Source: Caedibacter taeniospiralis (GTDB taxonomy: Bacteria > Pseudomonadota > Gammaproteobacteria > Francisellales > Francisellaceae). Taken from it: 32,000 nucleotides of DNA. The notes beneath the pieces are model-generated. The model searched no databases. It saw only the letters and a list, made by a program, of their open reading frames with translations, and was not told where the DNA came from. The translations under genes and the position numbers were made by a program. Each line of letters opens with the position of its first letter. Positions within the stretch are counted from its first letter, which is position 1. The stretch is from contig NZ_PGGB02000003.1 of NCBI RefSeq assembly GCF_002803295.2, positions 90,210 through 122,209 on the forward strand, in the 5' to 3' direction. Positions 30,494 through 32,000 of this stretch are shown piece by piece.

Positions 30494-31168
30494 GTGTCAC
30501 ACCGTATAAACTCTAAAGCATTTGATTTTTCCAGTAACGATATATTTATGCAGGACGTATTTAAAATATATTTCGCCCATCGTACAGTCCAAGTACTGTG
30601 GTTTGTCTTCTTTGCCTTTTTAGCCTTGACCCTTGATCTAGGTGTTTTCAGAACGCACTGGTGGTGGTTGTTTTTACCCATTATTATTGCGCCTTTTTAT
30701 GAATGGTATGCCCATAAATACTTGCTGCATGCGCAATTAAGTAAAAAACCAGGTAAATTTCGTGACTTCCAGATTCGCTTGCATCACGGACATCACCGAC
30801 ATCCACAAAATATTGACCTGCTCTTTGCACCATGGTTAGCTATTATCCTACACCTAACGCAGACTTACGCGTTGTTTGCGTTAATCACATGGAGTTTTGA
30901 TGTTGCCCTTATCCCATTTACCTTTGGCATTTTATATTATCTTTTTTACGAGTGGATGCATTTAGCACATCACACCCCTGCCTACCAACCTAAAACAATA
31001 ATAGGACAAAAGCTGAAACGCGCGCACATGCGTCACCACTTTCATAATGAAAACTATTGCTGGGGCATCACTAATTATTTGGGTGATTTATGCCTTGGAA
31101 CGTTTAAAGAACGTAATGATGTCGCTAAAAGTACGACAGCTACGCATATTTCAGGGTATAGCGAATAA
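30494..31168 (+). CDS. Sterol desaturase/fatty acid hydroxylase superfamily protein
   Basis: Membrane protein with histidine clusters EWYAHKYLLH, LHHGHHRHP, EWMHLAHH, HMRHHFHNENYCWGITNYLGD. Start (GTG 30494 vs ATG 30548) uncertain. Confidence 0.82.
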   Translation: MSHRINSKAFDFSSNDIFMQDVFKIYFAHRTVQVLWFVFFAFLALTLDLGVFRTHWWWLFLPIIIAPFYEWYAHKYLLHAQLSKKPGKFRDFQIRLHHGHHRHPQNIDLLFAPWLAIILHLTQTYALFALITWSFDVALIPFTFGILYYLFYEWMHLAHHTPAYQPKTIIGQKLKRAHMRHHFHNENYCWGITNYLGDLCLGTFKERNDVAKSTTATHISGYSE

Positions 31169-31293
31169 CCCAATTTTATCCCGATATAGCTAACCGTAAT
31201 CCTCTGGTTACTAAAAAACTTTAATGAAGGTTTGCCTTATCTTAGGCAATTCTAGATAATGGCGAAATATTTATTCCTAAACGCCTGTGTAGC

Positions 31294-32000
31294 ATGTCCA
31301 TCTTAGACAAAAAAGCCTATTTACAAGAAGTACTTGAATTTACCTCAGCACAATTACACAAGAAAAACCTTGATGCTTTCGAGATCAGTTGCAGCTATGA
31401 TCAAGGTCATGCCATCTCCGCTCGCGATCAGCTGACTGAAACACTTGAATTTAACGTCACCCAGCAAATGAGTGTGACGGTATATCATCACGGAAAAACA
31501 GGCTATGCAGAGACTTCCGATCTAAGTGAAAAAAGCATCTTAGCTATTATTGACAATGCCAAAACCATTGCAACTTATACCGAAAATGATCCTTTTTGTG
31601 GAATTGTTGATAAAAAATTTCTGTGCACACCACAAGAGATGCCATCGCTCTATAAACCAATAGCTGACTTTAGCATTAATCACCTTATTGAGCATGCCAA
31701 AAATTGCGAGCACATTGCGCTAAAACACAAAGGCATTGATCATTCAGAGGGTGTTGATATCGATAGCTTTGAAATCCTGCATGGCTTTGCCAACAGTCAT
31801 GGCTTTTTGCATGTTTATCCTGAAACACGACACAGTTTAGGTATAGGACTCATTGCCAAAGATCAGCATGGCATGCAGCGAGATAGTGCTTATTTTAGTG
31901 CTCATGATTTTGCTGCTCTACCCAACATTCATGAAATTGCACAGCTTGCAATCAAACGCACGTTGGATAGAAGAAATCCGCGACGCATCAAAAGTCAAAA
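31294..32000 (+). CDS. pmbA: Metalloprotease PmbA/TldE, 5' part (runs off window)
   Basis: Open frame from ATG at 31294: MSILDKKAYLQEVLEFTSAQ...DQLTETLEFNVTQQMSVTVYHHGKTGYAETSDLSEKSI...NSHGFLHVYPETRHSLG...HDFAALPNIHEIAQLAIKRTLDRRNPR; open at the window edge. Confidence 0.9.
   Translation, partial: MSILDKKAYLQEVLEFTSAQLHKKNLDAFEISCSYDQGHAISARDQLTETLEFNVTQQMSVTVYHHGKTGYAETSDLSEKSILAIIDNAKTIATYTENDPFCGIVDKKFLCTPQEMPSLYKPIADFSINHLIEHAKNCEHIALKHKGIDHSEGVDIDSFEILHGFANSHGFLHVYPETRHSLGIGLIAKDQHGMQRDSAYFSAHDFAALPNIHEIAQLAIKRTLDRRNPRRIKSQ

Overview
Window from a gammaproteobacterial chromosome; the gene content looks Legionellales/Coxiellaceae-like, but that is inference only. Most of it is housekeeping: coaE; a POT-family peptide transporter; an N-formylglutamate-amidohydrolase-like protein; the cytochrome bo3 operon cyoABCDE; a partial Ara4N/arn-type lipid A modification cluster; rpiA; purH; an S41 C-terminal processing peptidase; tcdA; pssA; fkpB/slpA-ispH; an exported protein; dprA-smg; tRNA-Asn(GUU); a sterol-desaturase-like protein; and the 5' part of pmbA. 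Two IS remnants (IS4-like, IS66) are present. The accessory part lies at about 13.4-19.65 kb. It holds (a) a frameshifted, putative effector-like gene with a cysteine-rich 'CCQSIGAEGDSCARYG' core and tandem ~36-aa repeats, and (b) a decayed type I Wadjet (JetABCD) anti-plasmid locus. In that locus jetB is intact, jetA is full length in content but broken by three frameshifts, jetC is reduced to its N-terminus, and jetD survives only as a C-terminal part next to it. Several dispersed palindromic repeats (CCCCTTC...GAAGGGG type, GGGTGGATAAGCC type, and a TTCCCGCC/GCGGGAA hairpin) punctuate the window. I found no intact, clearly novel system; the Wadjet relic and the repeat-bearing putative effector are the most interesting items.
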